Below, in pieces: positions 25,127 to 61,893 of a DNA stretch of 64,000 nt (position 1 is the first letter of the stretch; the number at the start of each line of letters is the position of its first letter). The translations under genes and the position numbers were made by a program. The notes under the pieces were generated by a model, which was not told the origin of the DNA, did not search any database, and saw only the letters and a program-made list of their open reading frames with translations. The DNA comes from Schmidtea polychroa. Lineage: Eukaryota. The stretch lies in NCBI GenBank assembly GCA_044892525.1, contig CM097885.1, positions 33,792,001 through 33,856,000 on the forward strand, written 5' to 3'.

Positions 25127-26190
25127 TGTAATGTATTGTAATTCTTTATTTTTTTGGTTCTGTAAATCGTTTAGTATGAATGCGAATAACAATTCTGCAC
25201 GTTGCACGTGGAGAAGGTTTTATATTTTATTTTTAAAAAAAATAAACTATATAGTGATAATTTACCATAGTAAATTATCACTATAGAAAATTGCAAATTA
25301 AATAAAAAATCGATAAAAAGATTTCGAATATTAAATTAACATAAAAGCAAATTGAAAATAAAGTCCTCAATTTCAATTCCAACTGTTAATTGAACATACC
25401 AGTTTCTTATAAATACAGAGATCAATTCCAAACCAAAGCAAGTTGCAACAAATTGAAAATAAAGTCCTCAATTTCAATTCCAACTGTTAATTGAACATAC
25501 CAGTTTCTTATAAATACAGAGATCAATTCCAAACCAAAGCAAGTTGCAACAAATTGAAAATAAAGTCCTAAATTTCAATTCCAACTGTTAATTGAACATA
25601 CCAGTTTCTTATAAAAACAGAGATCAATTCCAAACCAAAGCAAGTTGCAGCAAATTGAAAATAAAGTCCTCCATTTCAATTCCCAAACCTATTTGTAGAC
25701 CAGGATTTGTGTTCAGATACGAGAACAAGGATAAAGTTTGAAATCCCGAAAATAATAATAATAAAATTTAAACCAGGATTTGTGTTCGGATACGAGAACA
25801 AGGATAAAGACACAAGAAAGAATCAAATTCAGATTAACCTATATCAAACAACAAATTTCCAGTCCTATATCCAGTCAAAGGCCGATCTATAATAAACCGA
25901 AAATCTACAGTCCCTACAGTCCTATATCCCGGCAAAGGTCTAGATTCAAATCCTATTTAAACTACCCCCGGACTCAAGGTCTTAAAATTTTTATTTTGAA
26001 TAAAAGTTTTGTTCCAATATATATTATCGTTTATTATTATTTTTATTTTACTTGTTATTACACAACACGCACCCCGATTGTCCCGACACATTTTTTTATC
26101 GGTGACTCTTTCGGGCTCATCAAATTTCTAATCTAACATTACAACTTTATACCACACACAAAAACAAAATAGTCAAAATTTAATATAACA
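25127..26190 (+). repeat. 3' LTR (1064 bp)
   Basis: Matches the 5' LTR except for one extra 101-bp unit and one A/T substitution found by eye (19724 vs 25303). Confidence 0.96.
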
Positions 26191-28802
26191 TACATAATTA
26201 ATGGGAATGGTGGATTCTTTTGGCACCAGGGGCGCCATTTTCCCTAGCTACGGCTCTGTCATATAATAATAATATTATTAATAATTTCAAAATAAATTTG
26301 TAATAAATTTGAAAGTATTTAAGAGTTATCTAAATAGATATCCCTTTTAAATTTAATATAGTTATTTGGGTATTTTATAACAGTGTTTAAATAAATTAGT
26401 TTGCATAACAAAGTATAACAATTTTAAATTATATTTTTATATTTATTAATAAGTTTTAGTTATTTCTAAACTATTCTAAAATAAATTTATAGATTAATAA
26501 ATATGCTTACGGAAGAAGAAGATTATTCCCTATGCTCATGATACAAAATGATTATATTTTTATTATATTCAATTTAGAATCAAACATTTAACAGCCAATG
26601 ATGATAAGAAGGTATAATAAATGGTAAAGCGCAATTGTCAGATAGGAAAACAAATAATTGTGATAGTGATAAAAATAATGAAACTACGAAAAAGATATTG
26701 AAATGCACGTTTACGGATTTGCACTGATGCCATTAAATTAGCGACATCCATTAAAAGAGATTAAAATTTGGTTTCGTAATAAAATAAATTATTCTATAAA
26801 CATGTATCAATTTAAACAAAATTACAATTTTTAACTTATAAAATAAATAACAAATTTTAATTTAATTTCCCACCAAAACGCCTTCAGAAAATATTTATTA
26901 TTATCATATAAAATTTTATTATTATAATTTTATTCGATATTTATTCACACCATTTTTACCTCCCCCACCTATGTGGGCCTTTGACTGATGAAATCTATAA
27001 TTAAATAATTTCCGAATTTGCCTAAAATCATTTCACCGATTTCCTTATGTGAGTCAAGATTTCACGATCCATGAAATATTTTTAAGAAATTCTTGGAAAA
27101 AATAAATATATGATTGTTTAATAAAAATACATTACTTATTATTACTACTAGTATAATTAAACATAATTTATATAAATAAATATATCATAATTATTATAAT
27201 CATTTTAAAATAAATTTGTTAAATTAAAAATATTTTAATATTTTATTAAAATTTTAAATTTGACAATAAATTCAATTTGTAAAAATTATTGTATTTTCCG
27301 ATGTACATTTAAAAAATAATAAATTTCATATAATAAATCATTTCGCATTTTAATATTTGAAATTCTCTTTCAGTTTAGCAGACAAATTAAAATAAGTTAT
27401 TATTTTGCTCAATTTGTTTATGGATTTTGATCGATTTTTCATTGGTTTAAAATATAATCAATAATCAATAGAAAATAAAAATATTTTATTAGAAAATTTT
27501 AAAAATTTTATGTAGAAATATTTTTTAAATTGAAAACGGATAATATTTTATTTTAAAATTTAAAATTGTTCATTTTGAGTATAAAAAATGTTAAAAATAA
27601 AATGGAAAATTATAAATTGTTAAAAATTAATTAAAAATTAGATAATATAATCAAAGAAGAAAATATTAATATTATTTTGGGGGTTGGACGAAGTGGTAAT
27701 CGATTACAAATGAAAATATGGAAAAGTATGAAATAATTTTAAAATTATGGCAAGTTCCTAAGAAAGGATGATCTAATAAAAGTAATTAATTAATTTCATT
27801 ACTTATATCTATAAAAATCTTTAAATTATTGTAGAATCTAGAGAAGAAGACAGACTAAGTAACCAATAAACCCAAGGAAAGGAGTTATAAACGAAATGAT
27901 AACTCCTAATAAAGAGAATGATAAAGAAGGAATATATATATATATATATATATATCCCGAAAATTGAAAAATTTGTTTAAGCGAAGTGTATTATTTGTGA
28001 ATAAATATTTTGGATTTAATTATTATTGTTTTAACTCAACACAAAGAGCCAGTTGAGAAATAATTCTTATCGACATCTTAATAATATCCCAACAAATATC
28101 CAAACATAAATTTCAATGATCAATAAAAAATAACTAGGAAACTTTGCACTACTTTGCACTAAACTTGAAACTTCTTTGGATTCTTCAAATATACCAATAT
28201 TCTATTGTATTTTAATTTTTAAAATATAATATGATAAACATTATTTCCAAATCAGTTGACAGCGTTTTACTTGAGGCATCCCATCCGAAAATTTAGGATT
28301 AAATAAAATAATAAAATAGTTACTTATCTTAAGAAAAATTGTTTATTTAAAAATTTATAATATTTGACGAAGTCTATCCTTATTACTTTTCCTTTTAATT
28401 GAGAAATAATTAAATAAAAAAGCATACGTCTTTTGCATGCTTTTAAATTGACAACCCATCTTAAAATAAGCATAAATGAAAAATTATTGAAACTAAATTA
28501 AATATATTTCAAATTTTTCAAACATGACGAATTAACAATGATTTCTGTGATTACAATGAAGGCCAAAAGAGTTTTTTCATCCATCGGAAACCTTTACAAT
28601 AAATTGATTTCTCTAAAAATCAATAAAAAATAAATTTATTTATTGAAATACAGTATCTATAAATCAGGATCCCTGGATTGAAAATAACCTACCAGGGAGT
28701 GGATGGCTTTGATTTGTTGGTTAATATCCCTAATTTAAATGAATAGATTAATCTTTCTATTAGCTAACTAGAAGCCTATTTTTATTAAACATATTTAAAC
28801 AC

Positions 28803-28853
<51 letters not shown>

Positions 28854-28858
<5 letters not shown>

Positions 28859-29884
28859 AGTTTTAGATTACTTTAAGTCGGTTCCCTCTGACTCCTCGTG
28901 TCCTTTAAATCAAAACAATAACGACCACACGTATATTGAAATAACAAATTCACAATACTTTATCACCACTTTACAATTGATAATCAAAACTACGTTTGAC
29001 CGATTCTCCCCTCGGTGTTGATGCTTTGATAAAGATAATATTCACCTTTTAGATTCTTAGATTCTCTTGACCAACGTTTTCTTCTTTTTCTGTCTGATTT
29101 GATCCCTTTCACGCTTTTTATTCTTATTCTATCTCTTCTTTTTCCTTAATCTCCTAGATTCGTTTTCGCCTTTTCCTAAGCTCAGTTTCTTCTTACCCTA
29201 CCTGAGGCAAAATGCTGATTTGCTCTGATTTTCCCTTTCCTTATATACTCCTCGAAATCGGGATGACAAATGGTTATTGCCGAGCCAATCTTTCACTTGA
29301 CATTTGCTTCCACGTATCTGCTTCGGCTGTCACCCATAATGGTCCAACGAACCAAGATAATTAATGGCCTTTCCGGCCTTTCTACACTCACTATCATCTC
29401 CTTGCTCTTTTCCAATTCATCATTGTGTCAAGCTAATGGGCCCAAATCTTCCTTCTGTTTACTTTTCTTCTTGTTTACCCAGCTCGAGTTTCCTTCATCT
29501 CTCGGGTTCTCCATTGGCTCGGGTTTCCCATTAGCTCGGGTTTTCTATTAGCCAATTAATTAATTAATTAAAGTTTTCTGTTTTCACACCTTTGAATGCT
29601 TTTCGACCCTTCCTAACCATTTTCTGATAAATCCCTAACCATCATCTTGTTGACCATTAGCTACTCTATACCTGTCGCGTTTTGCCCATTAGATTTCGAT
29701 GATTCTTCAATTTATTGATTTTTCTCGGATTTCCGGATTCTTGCCTTTCGTAATTGCTTTTGGCATTTTCTAATACTGCTTTTATCGTACTTTCCTTTAC
29801 TATCGATTCTGTGCATGATCACGCTTTTATTTGTCTTTTTTCTTCACCTAAATTTCATTTAAATTTATTTTAATTTACGGACCT

Positions 29885-29889
<5 letters not shown>
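28854..29889 (-). mobile_element. Solo-LTR-like element (1036 bp) inserted in a (TA)n microsatellite
   Basis: TGTTGAG...CTCAACA termini, (TA)n on both sides, a minus-strand TATA-like motif near 29245, and a ctctgactcc..gtgtc motif shared with 37143-37920. Confidence 0.7.
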
Positions 29890-29962
<73 letters not shown>

Positions 29963-31511
29963 ATACAATGAAAAAATAACTAAAGTATCAGTAAAAAAAC
30001 CATTTTACTGTCAAATGAACAAACTAAAAATGATAAAAATAAAAATGTTCAGTTATTATCATAGGACATGTATTATAATAGGACTCTTCGTGATCTTGAT
30101 AAAAACGACAAACTCTACACAAAAACCTTTGTTTTTATCACAAAAATTTCAATGACTATAATAGGATCTAATTTTAGTGTGATATTAAAGACAGGTTACC
30201 TTGTGGACAACCTCAAACTAACGAATCTGATTCAATCAACATGTAAAATTGTCTAAATTAATTTTTCTTTTATAGGACCCGGTTCTCATCAATTAATTTC
30301 CAAACTTAATTATCAAGCATTGAAAAGCAAAAAAATTGGAAAGAAATTGAATTATGTTACCTTACATTTGTGTTTTGTTTACTAATTCTCTATTGATTAG
30401 TTTATAATAATTAATAAATTAATTAGTTTTTTTCTCACATAACATTTCTTATGAACCCCGGATAAATTTGAAATTATTATTTCCTACTTATTCATAGGTT
30501 TTCTAGGGAAATCATTAATTATTAATTATTTTAAAATTTTAATTAATTTTTGCCCTTCAATTTAATTTTATTAATTTTGTTATTTTAATTGCTTTGCATA
30601 CCGTTCTTTATGTATTTTACATTAATTTAATTGGATTGTTCATACTATATGACATAAAAATTACAATATATTAATTAATAAATCAGTTATATGCACCTGA
30701 AGACCAGGACCCTGTAAATCCCTAGGAATTGCGCTGATCATTTTTATCATAAATACAAATATAAAATTTAAAAAAGCTCTTAAAATAAAATTCTTCACTA
30801 TTCATATTCAAGTTTTTACATTTGTAATTTAAACTCAAGTTTTTCAAAAAACTATCAATTCATTCAAACAAAAAATGGTAAAGAATTTTTTACAAAATTT
30901 ATAATTTCAATTAAAAATAATTTTCGCAAATTTTAGTGAAAATCAATCAAATATAATTCTTGACGACTCACAAATACACAAATAATTATTTTATTCCTAT
31001 GGAAATATAATTATATTTCATTCATCAAAATAATAGTAACAAAATGATCTCGAAACTAGACTAAGACTGGATCAGAATAATAAATAACGATAATTATAGA
31101 AGACTTGATATGATTGGAGAAAATATTTTCTTTCTCCAAATACACCAAATTCCCCCAGTTTCCTCATATTCTGATTCTGTATGTCGTTGTTTAAGAAGAT
31201 AAATGATTTTCGTAGCTTTTATTGTATGATCAAAAATATTTAAATAACTGTAAAAATATTCATGGCGCAGCTGATGATTATTGGAATTAGGACAACAGTA
31301 CATCCGACAATAATTTCTAAAAAATTCTGTGATTTAATTTCGGTTCGTTTTGTAAAATATTATTAATGTGTGATTCAATTTATGGCCAACGATCCAATCG
31401 ACGTTCAGTCTGCCCTCTGTCGACGAAGGTAAAAAGAATGAAATCTTTGGATAAAGAGAAGAATAATGATTTTGAATGTTCGTAATTTTTAATTTACATT
31501 TCATGTAAACC

Positions 31512-31709
<198 letters not shown>

Positions 31710-33579
31710 GTTAATATCGAAATGCAAAAATCAGTGCTTGATGGGAATTGATAATTTAGTCTCACAAATTTTAACAAACATAACAAAGTTACGATATTTG
31801 AAAGAATGTTGTAAGATTCTTAATGATCACTAGTCGGATTCAACAAAATGGAGGACATACCAAATTACAGTTTCCCAAAAAGTGTGATTGTCATAAAATC
31901 TTCTCACTACTTGAAATTTAGATTGGAATTGTAAAAATTGTGTTATGAAAATATAGTTTCTAAATAATTTGGTCTTAGTTATTTAAGTTATAAAATAAAT
32001 GGAGTCAAGTTTAAAGTGATTACCCACATAAAGGTTATGACCCCAACCGTTTAATTCTATTATTTTAATGAAATTCTATTAATCAGAATTAGAAACAAAA
32101 TGTAAGTTAATCTCTAAATGAATATTTAAATAAGAAAAAAAACATTTCAAAACAAATATATCAACAAAATATAATAATAAATTATTAAACAAACAAATGT
32201 TAAGTCGGAATTCATATTCTGCATTTACCAAGTTAATCATATAACTAAATTTTTCAACATTTTATAACCTCAAATTAAATTAGTTTCACACTTCTGTAGG
32301 TTTGAAACTTTTAATTTTCAAAGAAATTTAAAATTATTTTAGATTAAAACAAAATAATAACATTTTGACCTTACGATTTTATTTAACATGTGAATAATTA
32401 GTAAATTGTCCTAATGTTGTCATATTTTTTTTACTACTGCTTCATGTAATAAAATTAGAAAAAACTTTAGAAATAACCGTTTTTAAGTATAAAATAAAAT
32501 TTATTATATACGATTATAAAATTATTCAAATTTAATTAACTAAAATTTGATAGAGGTTTTCAAGACATTTCCTAATTTTACAAATGCACAAATTATTACA
32601 AAAATTCATATAAAAAATTTAAAATTGATTTATTAATTTTCTTATGTTTAAAATATCATTAATATATGAATTTATTTTAAATTTAAAATAAAATTAATTT
32701 CTTTTGAATTTATGAAATATTAAGTTTTATATTCCAAAACACCAAGAGAGCTGAAATTGGAATCAATTTTCTTTCTGTGGTAAATATTGTGGAAAAATTC
32801 ATTCCATTTTAGATTTATTCATTTAATTTATGTAACTGAAAATATATTTTATTATCTTCAGATGAAAAAAAAATTGAAATTAATGATAATAATTTTCATT
32901 TTTATTATGTTAAATATAATTTCAACACGCGATTGTTATAATTTTTCTAGTTAATTAACGTTTAAAGGAATAAGTATAATTTCTCATGATGTCAATAAAT
33001 ATTTTTCAATTGATATTGGTTTTTTTTTCATTTTGTTAAATTATAATTAATATTAAAAATAAAATATTTTAAGAAAATATTAAAAAAATTCCCGTGACAC
33101 AAATTTATTACCCTTAAAAAATTGTAGAAATAACAATTAATATTGACAGGATTTAGAATTTTTAGGATTTTCAGAGATCGGGTTCAAAGATAAAAAAGCG
33201 CAAAAATTTCGGTAAATTTAATAACTAAAAATTTAGAATTCTTGTGAAATTATAACAATTAATTTGATTAAATTCTTAATGATAATTAAAAATTATAAAT
33301 TTAAGAATTTTAAAATAATTTTTCTATAGACTTGTTTAAATATAAAATTTATTATTCATTATAATCTTTATTCAAACTTAAAATTAGACGTCGAATATTT
33401 AAAGAAACTTATTATTTAAATAATACATAGAAAAGTATTTTTATTTGATAGGAAGATTATATGGAAGAAGCTATAAATCTAACCTAGCCTGTTGACGATC
33501 AACTCAACAAAATAACAATTTATTATTAAAAAAATTCAAAATAGTTCAAAATTTTACTGATTTAATCGACTGTTGCTTG

Positions 33580-33790
<211 letters not shown>

Positions 33791-36700
33791 TAGTATATAA
33801 TTAAAACTTAAAGATTTATTTTACGTGTATATATGACAATAAAATTTTCAATCATTTTTTTCTATAGAAAAAATTTATAAATTACATAATCTTTCTGAAA
33901 ATATCTTTCAGGCAATTTTCTATTACATTGATATTGAGATATTCTTCTTGGATGTTAGAACTGTGGCTTGTAGAACTTTCAAAGTAGCAGAAAATGCAGT
34001 GACATGTAAATAATTTCAGTTAAGTGACAAGGCTCTAGTCCATCAATACACTCATGCTATTTCCATATTTTAAAATATTATGGACATCTAGACAATTTTG
34101 TATTATTTCGTTGTCATCATAATAACTTTGAAAAAATTAAAAAAGTTTTATATTATTTGAATTTCTCATCAATATTAAATGAATATCTAAACTTTCCTGT
34201 ATTTTATTTTTCAATTTTAATTTGGTTTTTATTAAGGCTAATTTTCACTTTTCTAATTTTCATTCTATCAAAAAATATGCATTGAATCACTAAAAGTGAC
34301 GGATAAGAATAAAATGAAGAAGATTTAATTTAACAAAACTTTATAAAATGAAAAAATTAAAATTATTATAATATTTTTATTACTAAATAAAAATTTTACT
34401 TAAAAATTATTTAAATAGTATTATATAGCAATTGTTTATATTGAATTAAAAATCAACTAATCTGATTAAAATGATTAACTTAATCAAATATTTTAGGAAA
34501 AATAAAATATATATAAAATAATATTTGACAAAAACGGTTTTCATTTTGACAAATTCAATTATTAGCTCGTAGATAGTTTTCTTGAATAAAATCAAAAAGT
34601 AATTTTTAGTTAATATTAATGATTAATATTATTTTATTTGTTTAAGTGTAAAAGATAATTCTTTTTAAAATAAACGTATATATATCATAAATAAATAGCT
34701 TTGAAAAATTCGTAAATTTCAAAAGAATTTATTTTGTAATAATTTTAATTGGAAATTTAATAATAAAATTTAATAAAATACACTTTCCTAAGGTAGTTGA
34801 TGAAACGCACGAAATAATTTGCAAAATATTATAAATGAAAAGTTTTGAAATGAATAAGACTATTGAGTTAGAGATTTGATCTATTTTTGTTATATTTATA
34901 CAATGTTTATATACTACATTTATCTGAAAATTTGTAGAATCTCTGTTAAAGAGGTATTGGGACAGTCGATGTGAATGTGAGTTATTATGATGTTACAACT
35001 AATAATAAGTTGATTACTAACAAAACACTAAATATTTACAACATTTATTAAAAGAAATAAGAAGAAATTTTTAATATTTTTGATCTATGAAGTTAATGAT
35101 AAAAATTGGTGGCAATTCGTCGTAGTGCTTACTTGACCTAAACCTATGTTTTCTTTTGTTTGTTTGATTTCGTGTATCGTGTTTATTAGCAATGAAACAG
35201 TATCAATGATATCAATACGATTTGGGGTACCTCGTAAAACGTTATTAATTTATATGCTGTAATCATCGACAACGCCAAGAGTGATGAAAGAAATTTTAAA
35301 ATCTATTTTACCTGTGATTTGATAATTTAATAAGAAATTTTGGATCACTAAAGACTTTTTTAAAAATTCCTTTACCACATATTTTTGATCAAATTGTGAA
35401 AATGATCCAGATTTTGAGGCGAATACAAAAGTAAGTCGAGGAGTTTTGGATGCGGTCATCTGCTACTGACATCTAATAAACGAGATAAATTGAAACATGC
35501 AGATAGTACTAGACGTTTGATTGCAAAAACATCAAGAATCTCAGAAAATCTGGAACTTTCATAACAAAAATGATTTTTATATTTCTGAGTAACAATGTTT
35601 ATGTTTTAAATAACTTAAAATTAAAGCTAAAATTTGTGTATTACTTGGTGTTTTCCAACTTTCCTTGTTACAATTACCTTATTTTAACGCATATTTAGGC
35701 GCTTAGTCACTAAACGAGCTCTTATTGTATTAATTTAACATAGTTTCGAATTCAAATCTTTAAAATTCACAATTCTAATTTTAGCTTCCATTGTCCTTTA
35801 TCTATAGTAAATTATTTGAAATTTTATCATCGAGAATTGATCAAAAATTTTAATTAAAACAAAATATATAAAAGAATAGAATTTAATGTAACAATAATAA
35901 TAAGCAATTACAGGAAATCACAAATGCCATATTATAACTTATATTTTACTAAATAGAAATTTAACTTTGTATTAGAAATTTGTATCTTATTTAGCCAGGC
36001 TCACTTAAAAATTCAATTCTAATATTGAAGGTATTATTATATATTTTGTCATATACAAATGAGGATTAAAACAAATATTGAAAAAAAATATTTGAAAATA
36101 AAAATTATTTTACTTTTACATTAGGATAGCTGTAATTAATTAATTTAATGTAAAATGAAAAAAAAAGTATTTGGTTTAAGTCGCAATAATGCAACATAAA
36201 TAATAAAGACAAATAAATTTAAAAAAGAAAGGTTCTTAAGAGAAATTAAACACATGTTTGAGTTGGAGGAAATAATCATCTTGCACAGCGGGCTTTGATT
36301 GGCTGAATAAAATTATGACTCATCCATATAATGACTCATTTAATTTATCAAGAGTATATTTTTAGAGATATTGACAAGGTAATGTAGGAGATATAACAAA
36401 GACAAGGAGTTCTTGAAAAACTCTTCCTATAATTGGAATTGACTACTTTTTTCTTTTGACATTTTAAAAATAGTTTTATAAAGTAAAACACTGAAAACTT
36501 TGAAAAGTGCTTAACTCTAAACAAAGACATGTAACCTCTATATATTTGGTCATTTTTTCAAATTTTAAATGTTAGTTTGAAATATAAACCTTTGAAATAT
36601 TTTGCCAAATAAAGCTTTTGTTGTGATCTCTATAATGGTTTTACTTTAAACTTCAATAGTTCGAATATGACTGGTTCAAACGTTTAAATGGTCAAAATGA

Positions 36701-37142
36701 TATAAACTTTTTTTAACAGAATCTTATTTTAAAAGTTAATTGTAAAACTCCAATTCTCTAGGAACAAAATCATGTTCAAATTTTGTAAAATTTTAAATAG
36801 ACTTCAGGAAAAATATAATTATTCTAATTCGTCTAAATTTGCAGTTGATGAGCAATGATAATAAAAACACGTGGTCAAATATTGTAATTATATTATTTGT
36901 AAATTTTGAATTTTTATAAACTGTTAATAAATGATTTAATTAATTAATTTTTTCTTAGAAATATTTATCATAAATAAATTAATACTTTTAAACATATACC
37001 ATTTTGTAGAAATTTCTTCCTTGTTCTAAAAGCCATATAAGTTTACCAAAATATAATATCTTTAAAAATTAAATAAATTTTTAAATTTTAAAAAGTTAAA
37101 AATTTTAAATATTTGTATTTTATATATCTTTATCATTTAAAA

Positions 37143-37920
37143 TGTTGGGTTATTGAGTTGGTGATATAGTTAGAACTCTTACTCTGACTCCAAGCGTGTC
37201 TTTGACTGCCACACAAATAACAATTAACACTGGAAACTTTATTGAATATCACAAATATTTTCACAATGATACAATTGACTCAACAAGTTGACTATTATAC
37301 CGTGCTTATTACAACACTATGGTGAGGAATAGCACACTCGTATAACTTTGATTCGACAAATCTCTCACAACTGAGGATTGTAACAATTGGTAATTTTAAC
37401 TAGTTGTTCTCTGATTTTGATTTGGTTTTTCTCGCCTAACTTTATTCTATTATCAACTGAATAAAATCTTGCTGATTCTCTTTATTTCTGTTTTCCTTTT
37501 AGTTTCTCTGCTTCAATTTTATTCAATTATTTCTTCTAAATTGTTCTCTCAATGGCTTCTCCAAACTGTTCGCTAATACAATACTCCCATGTCTTCTTAA
37601 TTTTATAACTCGTCTTCTCCATAGTTTCTCTCTTTTAATTCTTCGATAGTCCCTTCTCTATTTTTTCTTCTGTCGCTTCTGCTGTGCCACCTCCTTTTAT
37701 ACCTTGTCAATTTGTGGCACTTCAGTTTATCTCCAATTCCACCATTTTTCCCAACATGATTTTTCAGTTTTTCCTTCGACCGAGTTATTTTTGATAGCTG
37801 TCGCAATGTTTATAATTTTTTTTCCTTTTTGTACTAATTAATTAGTACTGACCTTGGTTTTTATTTTCATGTTTGATTTCTTTTGTTTCCTTCTTCTTCC
37901 TCATTTTCATTTTGGCAACA
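37143..37920 (-). mobile_element. Second solo-LTR-like element, related to 28854-29889
   Basis: TGTTG...CAACA termini; minus-strand TATAAAA (about 37695) and AATAAA (about 37240); shared left-end motif; no convincing TSD. Confidence 0.55.
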
Positions 37921-38728
37921 TTCAAAAAATTTATATATCAAAAATTTATATTCATTTCACTATTTTTACTATATAAACAAATATTTTGAAAAGAAAGCTA
38001 ACTCAAGAATTAGAAAATTTTGATTATAGATAAAAAATGTTTATTGAAAGTATCGAAAAAAAACATTTTCCTCATTCCATTACTCCGACTGTTGACACAT
38101 TGTACGAGTCTTCATTCTTCTGAGTCCTACTTCTGTTTTATTAATCAGAACGCTCTGTGATTTATTTACCCTTAATCTATGGTAAGGATCTTTTTATTAA
38201 GTAAATTTATTAAAGTGTAAGTATATGAATGTTAAAAAGAATGAGATCCATTTTATTAAAATAAATAATGAAAGGAAAAATACTTTGCAAATTGCAGAAT
38301 AGAATCAATTTTAAATCTGACGTTTACATATTTTGAAATAAAAACAAGCCAAAAAGAAATTTTAATTAAATTTTAATTATTTTTAATACAGGATCTATAC
38401 AACATTAACTGGAAGGCTGCCGCAGTCGGCATAAAGTTAAAGATCATTGGTCTAGTATTCTTGAATCAAATTAATTAAAAATGCGAATAATGAGTATTAC
38501 GAAAACCATAATAAAAATACCATTAAAATAAATCATACATTTTAGTGCTGTTTTAAATCTTTTAAAAATGTTATTTTAATATATTTGTAAAATAACTATT
38601 AAATATGACATAAATATTCTCTAAAAATTTGGAACATTTTAAAATCTCAATATTTATTCATGAAAATTTTATATTTGTTGAATTATGAAATTTATTTCTA
38701 AAATGAAAATTTATTTTCTTTTTAACAG

Positions 38729-61105
<22,377 letters not shown>

Positions 61106-61670
61106 GTAATTTTATTTTATGACATAATTATATGGAATAGTGAAAAAAGGTGCAAATGGGACAAGCACTTTTAAAACACCACACTACATTTCTTTTTTAC
61201 ATTGTTACGCCTTTAAGAAAATTACAAGTGAATTAAATTTAAACATAAAAATAAGCCAAATATTTTTTGTGGTTTTCAATTAAACTATTTTAACCGTATC
61301 TGAATTAAAAAATTCCAAAAGAATTAATTTATTCTACAAATTTTCGTTAAAAATTTAAATTATATTTAGAAAATTGTATAATTTGGAAAGCTATTTTAAT
61401 ACGTGGAGTAAATAAAAAACGAAAATATATTAAAATAGTAGACCAAATTGTATGATATATTTTATGTTTTTCTTAGGCAAAAGGTCTATTAAATGAAAAT
61501 AAATGAAATATTTTTTGAGTTGACCTACATAATTCTCAAAAAATATTTCTACGGGGAGTTTGTGAGTTTGCGAGCCTCTTTCCATCTACTAATGAAAATT
61601 TGGAATATTAAATATATTTTTTTTTTCATTTTTTCAAAATATTTATTTTTGATTTCCTCGTTATTTTTGA

Positions 61671-61893
61671 ATTAAATTAAATATTAAATTAAATATTAAA
61701 TTAAATATTAAATTAAATATTAAATTAAATATTAAATTAAATATTAAATTAAATATTAAATTAAATATTAAATTAAATATTAAATTAAATATTAAATTAA
61801 ATATTAAATTAAATATTAAATTAAATATTAAATTAAATATTAAATTAAATATTAAATTAAATATTAAATTAAATATTAAATTAAATATTAAAT
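61671..61893. repeat. 12-bp minisatellite (ATTAAATTAAAT)n, about 18 copies
   Basis: Perfect periodicity by direct reading. Confidence 0.95.

Larger units (their letters stand above)
19548..26190 (+). mobile_element. Full-length Ty3/Gypsy LTR retrotransposon with a CsRn1/Kabuki-type CHCC gag
   Basis: TG..CA LTRs, 5-bp TSD TACAT (19543-47, 26191-95), PBS, PPT, gag and pol in PR-RT-RH-IN order; no env. Confidence 0.97.
18903..26258 (+). mobile_element. hAT (Tip100/ZMYM1-like) deletion derivative, split by the Gypsy insertion into 18903-19547 and 26196-26258
   Basis: Perfect 17-bp TIR CAGAGCCGTAGCTAGGG; 8-bp flanks CCATATAA/TCATATAA (7/8 match); frameshifted TTF-zinc-finger-like transposase remnant FCFPCLLFSK..GFCK/RLNPKVADHENSFEHIKCYFAWK at about 19030-19230. 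Confidence 0.88.

Noticed and set aside
19477..26136. Duplicated short ORFs (61, 118 and 63-76 aa)
   Set aside because: They lie inside the two LTRs, mostly use non-ATG starts, and are duplicated only because the LTRs are.
26980..30735. CTGATGA (about 26984) and CTGAAGA (about 30696) as further hammerheads
   Set aside because: No convincing stem II followed by GAAA and an NUH triplet.
36290..36385. ATTGG box, two TGACTCA sites and an AAG|gtaatg donor as promoter/first exon of the Caskin-like gene
   Set aside because: The motifs are short, and the ATG-initiated frame ends in phase 0, incompatible with the phase-1 SH3 exon.
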